A stretch of 64,000 nt of DNA from an uncultured Acidobacteriota bacterium (lineage in GTDB: Bacteria > Acidobacteriota > JAQAZP01), in assembly GCA_963836075.1 (NCBI GenBank), contig CAWIIB010000001.1:2233833-2297832 (forward strand). Direction: 5' to 3'. Below the pieces are notes generated by a model. The model saw only the letters and a program-made list of their open reading frames with translations, did no database searches and was not told where the DNA came from. The translations under genes and the position numbers were made by a program. Below, piece after piece: positions 21,148 through 32,745 of this stretch. Each line of letters starts with the position of its first letter. The first letter of the stretch is position 1.

Positions 21148-23475
21148 ATGAAACCCGAGAACCGTGGACCGGATGAAGACCGGCGTCAGGCTCCAGATGA
21201 ATTGGAAACCCTGGCTGCCGGTATTGAATCGCTACCCCGACAGCGGGCAGCGTCCGCGGATCTGCCCGAGTCCATCGGCGGATACCGCATCGTGGGCAAA
21301 CTCGGCGAGGGGGCCATGGGCATGGTCTACGAAGCCGAGCAGCAGCACACCAAGCGCCTGGTGGCGATCAAGGTGATGCACCGCTTCCACCTGGTGGACG
21401 AGATGCACGCGCGCATGTTCCAGAGGGAGGTGGAGACCCTCGGCCGGTTGAAGCACCCCAACATCGCCGCCATCTACGAGTCGGGGCACACCAAGGACGG
21501 CCGCGACTTCTTTGCCATGGAGCTGGTGCACGGGGTGACCCTGGACCGCTGGCTCGCCGGACGGCCGTCACCGGTGCCCCCGGAGGAGCTGAAGCTCCGC
21601 TTGCGGCTCTTCGGTGTGCTCTGCCAGGCGGTGCACTACGCCCACCAGCGGGGGGTGATCCACCGCGACCTCAAACCCGCCAACATCCTGGTGGTGGAGG
21701 ACAACGTCTCCGTATCGGGAAGCGGGCAGCAAACGCCAATACCCACGGTGAAAATTCTCGACTTCGGGCTGGCCCGGATCACCGACCAGGACGTGCTGGC
21801 CACGCTGGCCACCGAAGTGGGGATGATCAAGGGCACGCTGCCCTACATGAGCCCGGAACAGGCCCGGGGCGAGGCCGACGCGGTGGACGTGCGCACCGAC
21901 ATCTATGCCCTGGGGGTCATTCTTTACGAGCTGATTGCCGGCCAACGGCCCTACGAAACCGTGCGCGCCGCCCTGGCCGAAGCGATACGGGTGATCTGCG
22001 AGGAACCGCCGCGACCGCTGCGCGAGAGCTGGAGCGGCATCGGCCGGCTGGACGCCGACGTGGAGAACATCGTCGGCAAGGCGCTGGAAAAAGAACCGGC
22101 GAGGCGCTACGGGTCGGCGGCGGCCCTGGCCGAAGATATCGAGCGCTACCTCAGCTCACAGCCGATCAACGCTCGCCCACCCAGCGCGCTGTACCAGATC
22201 CGCAAGTTCGCCCGCCGCAACCGGGCCCTGGTGGGCGGCGCCCTGGCCGCGCTGCTGGTGCTGGTGGTATTCGCCGCCACCATGGCGGTACAGACCGGCC
22301 GCATCCGCATGGAGCGGGACCGGGCCAATCGCGAAGCCGCCACGGCCCACGAGGTGTCCGAATTCCTTGTGGAGCTGTTCCGCGGCACCGACCCGGGCGA
22401 GACAAAGGGCGAAGAGGTGACGGCGCACCAGCTGCTGGACCGGGGCAGCGAACGGATCGAGGCCCTGGCCGACCAGCCGCAAACCCAGGCCTCGATGATG
22501 GAGACCATCGGCCGGGTCTACTACGTGATGGGGGCCTATGACCAGGCCACCCCGCTGCTGGAGCGGGCCGTGGCCATTCGCGAACAGCACGGTGCCGAGG
22601 ATGAACTGGCCCTGGCCGCCAGCCTGCACAGCCAGGCCACCCTGCTGGACCTGAAAGGAAATCCCGGCCTGGGTGAGGAACCGATCCGCCGGGCCGTGGA
22701 GATCCGCCGACGGTTGCTTGGCGAACACGAGGATCTGGCGCAGAGCCTGAACACCCTGGGCAACGTGCTGTGGCACACCAACCGGATGGAGGAGGCCGAG
22801 GTGGTGCACCGGGAGGCACTGGCCATCCGCGAGCGGATCCATCCGCCGGAGAACACCATGATTGCCCAGAGCCTGCACAACATCGGCGCCCTGCGCTACT
22901 TCGACGACGACCTGGCCGAAGCAGAACGGTTGTGGCGCCGCTCGGCCGAGATCGAGGAGGCGGTGGACGGGCCGGACGGCTGGGGCCTGGCCACCAGCCT
23001 GCACTGCGTGGCCATCGTCTGCAATGACCAGCAGCGCTACGACGAAGCGCTGGCTTTCGAGGAGCGCGCGCTGGCCATCCGGGAGAAAGTGCTGGGGCCC
23101 GACCACCCCTACGTGGCGCTCAGCCTGAACACCATGGGTGACATCTACTGCGGTCTGGATCGGGCCGCCGAAGCGGAAATGATGATCCGCCGGGCCGTGT
23201 CCATCGCCGAAGCGGCCTGGGGCCCGCAGCACGGGGAGCTGTGGTGGATGAAGCGCAGTCTGGCCCGGTCGCTGGTGGAACAACAGAAATTGGATGACGC
23301 GGAAACGGTACTGCTGGAGATGCTGCCCGCGATCAGGACCGCGGGAAACCATCCGGAACGGACAACGGCGCTGGAGGACATGATCCCGCTGCTCAAGCAG
23401 GTGGGCTGCCCTGACGAGGCCGCCGAGGTGCAGCGGCTGCTGAACCTCGAACCGCCGTCCGGCACGAGCAGCTGA
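21148..23475 (+). CDS. Hanks-type Ser/Thr kinase with TM and TPR repeats
   Basis: GEGAMG, VAIK, HRDLKPAN, DFG, YMSPEQ, DIYALG; TM helix; kinesin-light-chain-like TPRs. Confidence 0.92.
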   Translation: MKPENRGPDEDRRQAPDELETLAAGIESLPRQRAASADLPESIGGYRIVGKLGEGAMGMVYEAEQQHTKRLVAIKVMHRFHLVDEMHARMFQREVETLGRLKHPNIAAIYESGHTKDGRDFFAMELVHGVTLDRWLAGRPSPVPPEELKLRLRLFGVLCQAVHYAHQRGVIHRDLKPANILVVEDNVSVSGSGQQTPIPTVKILDFGLARITDQDVLATLATEVGMIKGTLPYMSPEQARGEADAVDVRTDIYALGVILYELIAGQRPYETVRAALAEAIRVICEEPPRPLRESWSGIGRLDADVENIVGKALEKEPARRYGSAAALAEDIERYLSSQPINARPPSALYQIRKFARRNRALVGGALAALLVLVVFAATMAVQTGRIRMERDRANREAATAHEVSEFLVELFRGTDPGETKGEEVTAHQLLDRGSERIEALADQPQTQASMMETIGRVYYVMGAYDQATPLLERAVAIREQHGAEDELALAASLHSQATLLDLKGNPGLGEEPIRRAVEIRRRLLGEHEDLAQSLNTLGNVLWHTNRMEEAEVVHREALAIRERIHPPENTMIAQSLHNIGALRYFDDDLAEAERLWRRSAEIEEAVDGPDGWGLATSLHCVAIVCNDQQRYDEALAFEERALAIREKVLGPDHPYVALSLNTMGDIYCGLDRAAEAEMMIRRAVSIAEAAWGPQHGELWWMKRSLARSLVEQQKLDDAETVLLEMLPAIRTAGNHPERTTALEDMIPLLKQVGCPDEAAEVQRLLNLEPPSGTSS

Positions 23476-23514
23476 TCACCGATATGCGGTTTCCGGGGGC
23501 GGCGGGTCGCCGGC

Positions 23515-24264
23515 TCACTTCGTGCAGAAATGGATCACACCGCTTTCCGACGACAATCCCAGTCTCACGGCCTCTGCCCGGACAACCAGGTCGCTCACCT
23601 CGGTGATTTGCACCGTGAATCCCGCCTCGCGGAGCCGGTCAGCATAGTCAGGGCCGTATCTCCGGACGTGGTCCTCCTGGCCAAAAACCCGGCGCCGCTC
23701 TGACGGCTCGGTGATGGCCGGATCCTCGAATGTCTTTTCGCCGGTGATGGGAACCAGCAGAATGGCCCACCCGCCGTCAGCCAGCACCCGCCGGAACTCC
23801 CGCATCGCCTTCCGGTCATCCGGCACATGCTCCAGTACATGGCTGCAGTAGATCACGTCAAACGACCGGTCGGGATAGCCGATGCTGGTGACATCCATTT
23901 TCACCATGGCCAGCGGGTCAACCAGGTCGGCGGTCAGGTAGCCATCACCCAGCAATTCCCGGAACCGGGGCTCGAAACAGAGTTCCGGCGCAACGTGCAG
24001 CATCTTCTTTGGCGCACCATCGAACAGGTCTGTCTTCCGCTGCAGATAGAGCCAGAGGAAGCGGTGGCGCTCCACGGAGCTGCAGTTCACGCAGAGAGCG
24101 TCTTTTCGCGGGGTGACACCATAGGGACGGAAGCGCCGAAACGATGTGCCGCACACCGGGCAGTATCTTCCCCACCCAAAGCAGGAGACCCGCAGTGCGG
24201 CATCACGCACGCGCCGCAGGGGGGACTTCACCCCTTCCGGAAATCTCGCGACAAGTGATCTCAT
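23515..24264 (-). CDS. Class I SAM-dependent methyltransferase
   Basis: CPVC/CVNC zinc pair, LHVAPE, FDVIYCSHVLEHVPDD, FGQEDHVRRYG. Confidence 0.85.
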   Translation of the reverse strand: MRSLVARFPEGVKSPLRRVRDAALRVSCFGWGRYCPVCGTSFRRFRPYGVTPRKDALCVNCSSVERHRFLWLYLQRKTDLFDGAPKKMLHVAPELCFEPRFRELLGDGYLTADLVDPLAMVKMDVTSIGYPDRSFDVIYCSHVLEHVPDDRKAMREFRRVLADGGWAILLVPITGEKTFEDPAITEPSERRRVFGQEDHVRRYGPDYADRLREAGFTVQITEVSDLVVRAEAVRLGLSSESGVIHFCTK

Positions 24265-24374
24265 GCCCTTTTTATAACATACCGGCGCCCTGTTCCTGTT
24301 TTCTCCGGAACACCGGGACTACCGATCGCGGCCAGGGATAAACACGATCCCGTGAATCAAATACCCGAAACCTA

Positions 24375-24399
24375 ATGATAGATAATATTTATCTATCAT
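24375..24399. promoter_or_regulatory. Perfect palindrome, operator-like
   Basis: ATGATAGATAA-TAT-TTATCTATCAT in the AT-rich spacer between divergent genes. Confidence 0.5.
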
Positions 24400-24487
24400 G
24401 ATATGCTATCCGTGCGTGGGAAATCCAGCGCACTGTCAACACCAATTTTCACCCGGACAATCAACCGTATAAACGCGAGGTGACAAC

Positions 24488-24715
24488 ATGCCTTTTGTAC
24501 AGATCAAGGTTATCGAGAATGTCTTCTCCCAGGCCCAGAAACAGGAGATGATCGAGAAGGTCACCGACACCATGGTATCGATCGAAGGCGAGAACATGCG
24601 CCCGGTTACCTGGGTGGTGGTCCAGGAGGTCAAAAGCGGTGACTGGGGCGTCGGAGGCAAAGCGTTGACCACCGATGCCGTAAAGGAACTCGCTGCAGGC
24701 GTGCCTGTGGGCTAG
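24488..24715 (+). CDS. 4-oxalocrotonate tautomerase family protein
   Basis: N-terminal Pro (MPFVQIK), QKQEMIEKVTD, WGVGG; GAGG RBS. Confidence 0.88.
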   Translation: MPFVQIKVIENVFSQAQKQEMIEKVTDTMVSIEGENMRPVTWVVVQEVKSGDWGVGGKALTTDAVKELAAGVPVG

Positions 24716-24727
24716 ACCGGAATCAAC

Positions 24728-24766
24728 AATCCCACCTGGAGAAATGACTCCCGGTGGGATTTTTTT
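24728..24766 (+). terminator. Intrinsic terminator
   Basis: AATCCCACC...GGTGGGATT stem followed by a T-run. Confidence 0.75.
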
Positions 24767-24961
24767 ACACCTGCCGGCGTCAGGCTCCTGGTCCATGCCC
24801 GGGCCTGGAACGTTGACGGCGGCCCGGTATCCGCCCTCGGGAGCATCGATTTCTTTCCCTATGGCAGCGGCATGACCCATGGCGGGCGGATCGCCGGTGG
24901 ACATTTTTAGCCGGAAGGAAACCGAAACCTTTCCCCGCTTCCAGACGTTGTTCCAGCGGAG

Positions 24962-25129
24962 GGCTTCATCCTCGACATCGGCGGCGGTGGAGAGGGGGTG
25001 ATCGGTCAGATGAAGACCAGCCAGGTGGTGGCCATCGAGAACTACCGGAAGGCCTTACAGCTCGATCCCGGCAGTACCAGGGTGCAGGACACCCTGAACG
25101 CTCTGGTCAAGGAAACTTCACTATCCTAA
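24962..25129 (+). pseudogene. Chimeric remnant: methyltransferase motif I fused to a TPR C-terminal end
   Basis: Hand translation GFILDIGGGGEGVIGQMKTSQVVAIE|NYRKALQLDPGSTRVQDTLNALVKETSLS*. Confidence 0.55.
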
Positions 25130-25777
25130 CGTCTCGGCCAGGAATGTCCCGGCAGCCTGGAGCCAGGCCTCGGTCACTTCGTGGCCGCCGTCGAACTCGC
25201 ACCGGACAGTGGTGAGTGAGGAACCCTCGAGACGGGCAAGATCGCTGTCCCACCGGTTACGCCGGTAGATCCGATCGCTCCCGCCCCGGGCAATGAGCAC
25301 CCGGCCCATCCGGTCCAGGTCGTCAAGTTCAGGGGGGATATCGCCGCCATGGAGCATCACTCCGCCGGGGGGGTGCTCACCAATCATCGCCGCGCGGCAG
25401 GCCATGGCCGTCCCCTGAGAGAACCCGTTGTAGACGAGGACCTGGTTCACCGGGCATTGGTCCCTGATCCAGCTCACCACGCGATCAACATGGCGGATGT
25501 TTTCCTCGATTCTCATTTCGCGGTCCTGGCTGGTCATCCAGCAGGCCCCGACCCGGTCGGGCCGGGGGTAGAAAGGATGGAGGGCCTGAACCGCGCAGCA
25601 GACCCAGTTGTCCGCCCCGGGAATCCGCTGCAGTATCTCAAGCTGATCTTCCGCGGTCTGCCCGTATCCGTGAAATCCCACCAGCAGCGGGAACGGACCG
25701 CCGCCGGAGGGAACCCGAACCAGGTACCTTCCAGAAATAAGAGTCTGCACGTGATGGGTCTGGACTTCAGTCATCAT
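25121..25777 (-). CDS. Phospholipase/carboxylesterase (alpha/beta hydrolase)
   Basis: VGFHGYGQ, GFSQG nucleophile elbow, FDGGH. Confidence 0.85.
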   Translation of the reverse strand: MMTEVQTHHVQTLISGRYLVRVPSGGGPFPLLVGFHGYGQTAEDQLEILQRIPGADNWVCCAVQALHPFYPRPDRVGACWMTSQDREMRIEENIRHVDRVVSWIRDQCPVNQVLVYNGFSQGTAMACRAAMIGEHPPGGVMLHGGDIPPELDDLDRMGRVLIARGGSDRIYRRNRWDSDLARLEGSSLTTVRCEFDGGHEVTEAWLQAAGTFLAETLG

Positions 25778-26150
25778 TCCATTCTCCCTGGTCAATTGTC
25801 TTATATTCAGGATCACTTGTTCACGTGCGTCGAACGTTCCCAACCGCCCCGGGAAGCACGATTGCTTCGTGACGGGCGATGAACCTCCCCGGTGTTGCCT
25901 CCCGCCAGTGCAGTTGTAGTCACCCCTGCACATTCAGGCCGGTGGAGGAGAGAGCGACGGCCCACGAGCGGCCATGACCCTCACTGGATGGGGCAATCAC
26001 ATTTTGACATCTCCATTATCCAACTATACGGTAATTGTTACCAAATCTTGTAAAAGCCATGCAGTGGATGCTCGCCAGCGAACAGGGCCGCTCCACTGGC
26101 ATTCGGACAGCATGAACAGACCTGCTATTCAGCTTGCGAAAGGAGACAAC

Positions 26151-27857
26151 ATGTCTCATTGGAGCATTTCACACAGAAGCGTTTGGTGTATTTCCCGATT
26201 GGCGGCGTGGACGGTGGCGATCGCCCTGGTCGGTGTTGCGGCCCAGGCGCAGCTTCACAAGGCCTGGATGGAATCGTGGGACGGGCCGCTGCCGGCGAGC
26301 ACCGACGGCGGCTATGCCGTGGCATCCGACAGCACGGGAAACACCTACGTCGCCGGAGATGTCGCCACGGCCGCCAATGGTTCCGACGGGCTCCTGATCA
26401 AGTATGACCGGTCCGGCAAGCTCCTCTGGGAGCGGACCTACGACGGCCCCGGAGCCGACACCGACTATTTCACCTACATCAGAATCGACAGCAACGACCA
26501 GATCCTTCTTCTCGGGCAATCGATCGGAAACGGTACGGATTGGGACTTCCTCACCATCAAGTATTCCCCGAGCGGTGCGCTTCTCTGGGAACAGCGCTAC
26601 GACGGCCTGGGCAGCGGCCAAGACCTGGTCTACGGGATCGATGTGGATACGCAGGACAACGTCTGCATCGTCGGAGTGGAAACCGGCGCTGATGGCTTCC
26701 CGAAATTCACCACGATCAAGTATCTGGCGGACGGGACGGAAGACTGGGTGCGGAGATACGAATCCTCGTATCCCGGCAATATTAATGCGTGGGGTTTTTC
26801 GGTCCATGTAACGGATGACGGCACGGTCTATGCCGCGGGTGATGCCATCAGTAGTACCGGCAGCCTCGACTTCGCCCTCCTCAAATACGACAGCGATGGC
26901 ACACTGCTCTGGGATCGCCTGTTCGACGGTCTCTACGGTGCCGCTGACGCCCTGTACGACATGGCCCTGGGGCCGAACGAGGAACTCTACCTCACCGGCA
27001 TATCGGAGACCGGGACCGGGTTCGAGTATTGCGTGGCCAAATACAATTCCAGCGGCGATTTCCAGTGGGAAGGACGCTACGGCGGAACCACCGGTTATCA
27101 CTACCCGTACCTCATAGATGTCGACCAGGCGGGCAATGCGGTGGTCACGGGCCCGTCGACGAACTCCGCCGGATATTTCGACTGGGCCACGGTGCGGTTC
27201 GACAGCAACGGCGCACTGCAGTGGGCGCGCCGCTATCGAGTACCCTCCCCGTATTTCGGTGAGAATATACCCAACGGCCTCGTCCTCGACGATCAGGGCG
27301 GCATCTACGTCTGCGGCGCTGGTTCGAACTGGCTGACCGACGGGCAGAATGCCGCCGTGCTGAAGTACGACGCTGCCGGCAACCTGGTGTGGAGCGACAC
27401 ATTCAACGGCGAGGCCAGCGGCGACGACTCGTGGTGGGATATCACCCTGGACGATTCGAACCAGGTCCTGGTCACCGGCGTTTCGCTCGGTGCGGGAACC
27501 GGTCTCGACCTGCTGGTCGCCAAGTACCGGCAGAACGGCCCGCCGACGCTGACCGTCAGCCCCATGCCGCTGGTGCCAGGCGCGCCCGCGACGTTCACGG
27601 TCTCCAATGTCGAGCCTGGCGCCGGCACCTATCTCGCGTACAGCACCGTGGGAACGGGCACCGTCCATGCCGGTTTCCTTGATGTAACGCTCGGTCTGGC
27701 AAACCCGAAAAAGGTCGGTCCGATTGTTCCGGCCGATGTCAGCGGCACGGCGGAGTGGACTTTCCAGATTCCCGGGTCAGTCGCCGGCATCGATGTGTGG
27801 CTGCAGGGCGTGCAGTACAACGTGGTCACCGACGTGGCGGCCACGTCGGTGCAGTAA
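26151..27857 (+). CDS. Secreted SBBP-repeat beta-propeller protein with a different C-terminal Ig-like domain
   Basis: AAGGAGA RBS; repeated DxxxNxxVxG...D...KYDxxGxLxW units; C-terminal ...DVWLQGVQ... Confidence 0.85.
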   Translation: MSHWSISHRSVWCISRLAAWTVAIALVGVAAQAQLHKAWMESWDGPLPASTDGGYAVASDSTGNTYVAGDVATAANGSDGLLIKYDRSGKLLWERTYDGPGADTDYFTYIRIDSNDQILLLGQSIGNGTDWDFLTIKYSPSGALLWEQRYDGLGSGQDLVYGIDVDTQDNVCIVGVETGADGFPKFTTIKYLADGTEDWVRRYESSYPGNINAWGFSVHVTDDGTVYAAGDAISSTGSLDFALLKYDSDGTLLWDRLFDGLYGAADALYDMALGPNEELYLTGISETGTGFEYCVAKYNSSGDFQWEGRYGGTTGYHYPYLIDVDQAGNAVVTGPSTNSAGYFDWATVRFDSNGALQWARRYRVPSPYFGENIPNGLVLDDQGGIYVCGAGSNWLTDGQNAAVLKYDAAGNLVWSDTFNGEASGDDSWWDITLDDSNQVLVTGVSLGAGTGLDLLVAKYRQNGPPTLTVSPMPLVPGAPATFTVSNVEPGAGTYLAYSTVGTGTVHAGFLDVTLGLANPKKVGPIVPADVSGTAEWTFQIPGSVAGIDVWLQGVQYNVVTDVAATSVQ

Positions 27858-28131
27858 ACCTGGAGTTTCGAATATACCGGCCGTGGTGCGGCTCTACCTG
27901 GTGAACCCGTCAATCGGTTCGGTGGAGAGGAACCGGGAGCGAAACACCGGATATTGCGAGCCGTCGTAGCGGTAGGCCGTGAGTGTGCCGGTGTCGTCCC
28001 CAACCATGATCAGCTGTGTGCCGCCCAAAGACACCGAGGCAGCAGCTGAATGAACCATCCGCCGGGCTTTGTCAAGGAAGGAAAACTGGGTTCAGAATCC
28101 GAATCCCACACCAAGCTGGAATACGACCGGG

Positions 28132-30967
28132 TCAAACCTCCGGCGGCCGGTTTTCCTGGAGCCGGGCCACCAGGTCTCTGAACCGGGCCGTTCCATGCAG
28201 CGGGTCCAGTTCGCGTTCGTGACCGATGCGGAATGGGTCACTGTAGCCTTCCGCCACGGCCCGCTCCAGGGCCGTCAGGGCCTCGTCGCGCAACCTGGCC
28301 CGCTGCCCGCCCGTGGCGCTCCTCGACAACTGGGCCAGTGCTCGCGCCCGCTCCAGGTGCACTTCGCCGTTGATCTTCCCGACAGCGCCGAGCTCGTCGA
28401 TCAACCGGCCAGCGGCCTCACTGTTGCCGGTGCGAGCCTCGGCCAGCATCAGGATGATCTTGTTCTTTTCGTCCGGCGACGCCGCAAACAGCTCACCACG
28501 CAACACCCGCGACCGTGCAAAGTAGCTCGACGCCTCGTCCGGGTTCCCCTGCAGATCCCACAGGTACACCCATGCGGTACAGGGCCATGGCCAATGCCCG
28601 CTTGTCATGGACATTCGCGGGGTCCGCGTCGTGGAGCTCTTCGGACAGGATTACCGATTCATGCAGTGCCGGAGATGCCTTTTCCAGCCGGTCTATCCAG
28701 AGCAGCGAGTTCCCGAAAACTCCGAGGTAGCCGGCAAGCTCCCGCTTGAAGATCAGCATCGTTGGCCGCCGCTCGAAAATCTCGCGTCGTCCCTCGATCG
28801 CCTGTTCATAGAGCGACAGAGATTTCTCCGTTTCACCGAGGCGCATTGTCACGTAAGCCAGCGCGACGGCGGCCTTGTCGTGAGAAATCTGCCGGCTGGC
28901 CGTCCTGGTGTCCTTTTGATCATCATCCAGCTCCGAAAACCCGGGTTCGCTGCGCACGGTTTCCAGGACTTCAGCCATTAACTCGAGGCCCTCCTGGAAA
29001 AGCGCCGCGGCTTCGGGGATCCGGCCCTGATTCAGCTGTTCCACACCAAGATTCTGAAGAATCACGGCCAGCAGTTCCTTGCCCTCGGTCAGCATTCCGG
29101 GGTCGGGGTTCGGATCGCTGACGGTCTCGCGGACCAGGTCGATCGATGACTGCAGTAACTTTTCAGATTCTGCGGGGTCGCCGGTCAGACGCCGCTTGAC
29201 AGGAGCCCAGGACATACCGATTTTGGCCAGATTGTGGCGGGCCACCGCGGTTCGCCCTTTGACTTCAATCCGTTCCCGGCCCATCTGGTAAAGTTTTTCG
29301 AATTCCCGATCGGCTTCTTCCAGCCTGTCCAGCGAAGCGAAGGACGATGCGATCCTTGCCCGCACCGCCATCAGCGTCGGGACCGCTTCGCCGCGAACGC
29401 CCCCGGTCATCTCGACGTCGAGTTCGTCCCACTTTTTCGACACGGACTCCAGGATGGCGATTCGCAGTTCGGATGTGCCGGGCTGATCCTGCAGCGATTT
29501 GTCGATATCGGTCAGGACGAACTGCATTGTGCTCAGCGCGAGATTGGCCTGCTCGAGGGCCAATTGCTCCTGTTGTTCGGCAATGGCCCGCTGTCTGGCC
29601 TCATCGGCCCTGGCGCGCTGGGCCCGCACCAGTCCATAGCCCGTGCCGATGAGCCCCAGCACCAGCAGCGTGGCCAGCAGGCCAGTGGTGACCACGCCCG
29701 CCCGGTGGCGGCGGACGAATTTGCGGGCACGATAGATACGGCTCGGCGGGGCGGCGACCACCACCTCGCCTGACAGGTAGCGCCGGATATCCATGGCGAG
29801 GCCGTTGGCCGTCGCATACCGGCGCTGGCGGTCCTTCTCCAGCGCCTTCATCACAATCCAGTCGAGATCGCCGCGGACGTTCGTCCCCAGTTTGCGCGGT
29901 TCGGTATGGCGTTGCGCAGCCACCAGCGCGATCGACCCGCTGTTGCGCGATATCCTCGTGCTCGGCCGGGGCGGCTCCACTTCGCGGATGATCCGCTGAA
30001 TCTCGGCATACGCCGCCGACTGCAGGCTCTCGGCGTCGAACGGCGTCGAACCGGTGAGCAGTTCGTAGAGCAGCACCCCCAGCGAATAGACGTCTGTCCG
30101 CGCGTCGATGTCCAGCGACCCTTCAGCCTGCTCCGGACTCATGTATGCCGGTGTACCGATGAGCTGGCCGTGCACCGTGAAGAGCGTTTTCTCGGTGAGC
30201 TGGGCGCTGGTCGCCTTGGCGATGCCGAAATCGATCACCTTGACCACCGGTCGTCCATCCTGCAGGCTGACCATGACGTTGGACGGTTTGATGTCGCGGT
30301 GGATGATCCCTTTGGTGTGCGCGTGCTGCACGGCGCCGCACACGTCGGCGAACAGGTCCAGCCGCGCATCGATGCCCAGGCTGTTCCGGTCGCAGTAGCC
30401 GACGATGGAATCGCCCTTGACCAGCTCCATCACGAAGAAGGGTCGACCCGTCGCGGTGGACCCGGCATCCAGCACCCGCGCGATGTTGGGGTGGTCCATC
30501 ATCGCCAGGGCCTGGCGCTCCTGTTCGAAACGCGCCACGACCTGGTGCGTGTCCATGCCGAGCTTGATGATTTTGAGGGCAACCCGCCGCTTCACCGGTT
30601 CTGTTTGCTCGGCCATGAAGACCGAGCCGAACCCGCCCTCGCCGATGAGCTGGAGGAGCGTGTAGGGGCCGATTGTTGTGCCGGGGCCCTCCCGTAACGG
30701 AGTGCCGGCGTTGGGCGTATCAACGGCGGGGAACGTTGCATCCATGGCCGCATCCGTGACCGGCACGTCGATGGTCCCCTCTTCCTCGGAAGCGGCGATC
30801 ATCGCTTCGACCCGAGCCTTCAATGCATCGTCCCCGCCGCACTCGCGGGCCAGCACCGCACCCCGTTGGGCCACGGGCAGGGAGGTCACCATGTCGTAAA
30901 TCCGCTGAAGAATTTCTTGATTGAAACCGGTCATATCCATATCTCGTTTCCTGCTGTTGATGCTCAT
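28132..30967 (-). CDS. Hanks-type Ser/Thr kinase with TM and TPR-like C-terminus; frameshift near 28570
   Basis: GEGGFG, VALK, HRDIKPSN, DFG, YMSPEQ; the tail ALERAVAEGYSD...ELDPLHGTARF lies in ORF 28132-28614. Confidence 0.88.
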
Positions 30968-31246
30968 CGATCGAGAAGGCGATCACGTTGCCGTCTGCGT
31001 TTTCCCCAGTCGTCTCCCGGAAGCAGTTTCACACGGTGACTGTAGGGGGCTGGATGATCATTGTGGGTGTATTGCCACCTGTATTTTAGCCGGAATTCCA
31101 GATGCACTTTCCTGGAGCATCGAGGTATTTTCCATTTTATCCCTTAATTTTCACCAGCAGCTCGGATTCCCAAGGATGCTGAGGGGCAGGACGCACTGCA
31201 AAGTGATCAAGGATCGGCTCGAATCACGGGGAGGGAACGAGAGTTG

Positions 31247-32670
31247 TCATTGCAGATCCCGCCGGGAGACTTCGGTGAACGGAAACTCCTGTGCGAAATC
31301 ATCGAGGATTTCCTTGGCCAGGCTGGAGAGGTCCACCGAGCTCGCATTGCCGTTGGCCAGGATACTGACCGCCAGGTTGTCCTCGGGGCGCAGGACAAAG
31401 GCGCTGGTGAAGCCGGGGCGAACGCCCCCGTGCTCGCACTGGAGGACCGGTTCGCCGGGCAGCGCCTCGGTGAAGAAACCGATGCCATAGTAAGTCGCAT
31501 AGGGGCAGTTCGGCGCACAGCCGAGGTCGCTGGTCGCCCACCACATGTCCCGCACCCCCGCCGGCGAGATCAGGCCGCCGGCCCCGTGGTAGCTCCGCAG
31601 CAGCATGGCGGCGAAGTTCGCCATGTCCACCACCGAGGCCATGACCCCGCCCGCCGGGTCGCGGGCCTCGGCCGAGGCCTCGTCAAGCCGGTAGGGCATC
31701 CAGGTATAGGGTTCGCCATACAGCGCGTCGCTGCTGTAGTAGTTATCTTCGCAGAGCGGATCGCCGGGGCTGACCAGGTTGATATACGGACCGACGTGCA
31801 TCGAACCGACGTTTTGTGCCACCGCCGTGTAGTCGCCGAGGGGTGACTGCGCCGCGCGCTGGTTGTCGAGGGTGGCCGTGCACATCCCGGCGGGCTGGAA
31901 CAGCCGCTTCTGAATCACGGTGGCGAACGGCTCCCCCAGCCGCCCCGCGAGATAGGCGCCGGCGAGGGAGTAGTTGAAGGCCGAGGTACCTGGTACCCGC
32001 CCCCGAGGTTGCCGTACGGCGGCCGGTCGAAGTGGGGTGAGACCGCATCGTCGGGCTCGGCCCAGAACGCGGCCAGGTCACCGGGGTAGCAGTAAAGGTG
32101 GATGGCACCGTCGTCCAGCAGGAAGGCCCCGTCGTGGGTCAGGAGCTGGCGCAGGGTGCGCTGCCCGCCCGCGAACACCTGGCTCGCGTCGTCGTCGCTG
32201 ACGAAGTCGGCCAGGGAGAGTTCCCCCCGCTCCTCCATGATCTTGGCCGTCGCGGCGACGACGGACTTGGACGTCGATCCGACTTTGAACAGGCGGTGGA
32301 TGCCGTCCGGATCGTGCACGAACTGCCCGCCTCCCGTGTATTCGAAGGCATCGGCGAAGTGGACCTCTCCGTCCCTGACCACCGAAAATGCGATGTGGGT
32401 GATGAAGGTGGGATCGTTGATCAGGTATGCGGCGATGCGCTCCCGCGCCCGGCACTCGGGCCGCGGGTCGTTGAGCGGGTCCAGGTCCATCGGCCGGCAG
32501 GCGGCTCCATCGAATCCGGGAGAGTAGCTCACCTCTGGACACTGGTCGCACCGGTCAGGCAGCCCGTCCAGGTCGGAGTCGCGCTCCATCGGAGGGATGT
32601 GCTGGCCCGCCGCCATGCCTCCAAGCGCCAGCAGCAGAATGATGGAACCGATCCAGTGATGGATGCGCAT
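31247..32670 (-). CDS. Secreted serine hydrolase (beta-lactamase family) with N-terminal TSP3-like motif; frameshifted near 31990
   Basis: DSDLDGLPDRCDQCP; GSTSKS (SxxK); LRQLLTH; PAGG; YGIG; EHGG. Confidence 0.8.
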
Positions 32671-32745
32671 GAAACCCCCGTCTGCATAGTCCCGGGATCG
32701 GTCGTATCGGCACTGCTATGGTGCACAGGCTGGGCAAATATCCGC

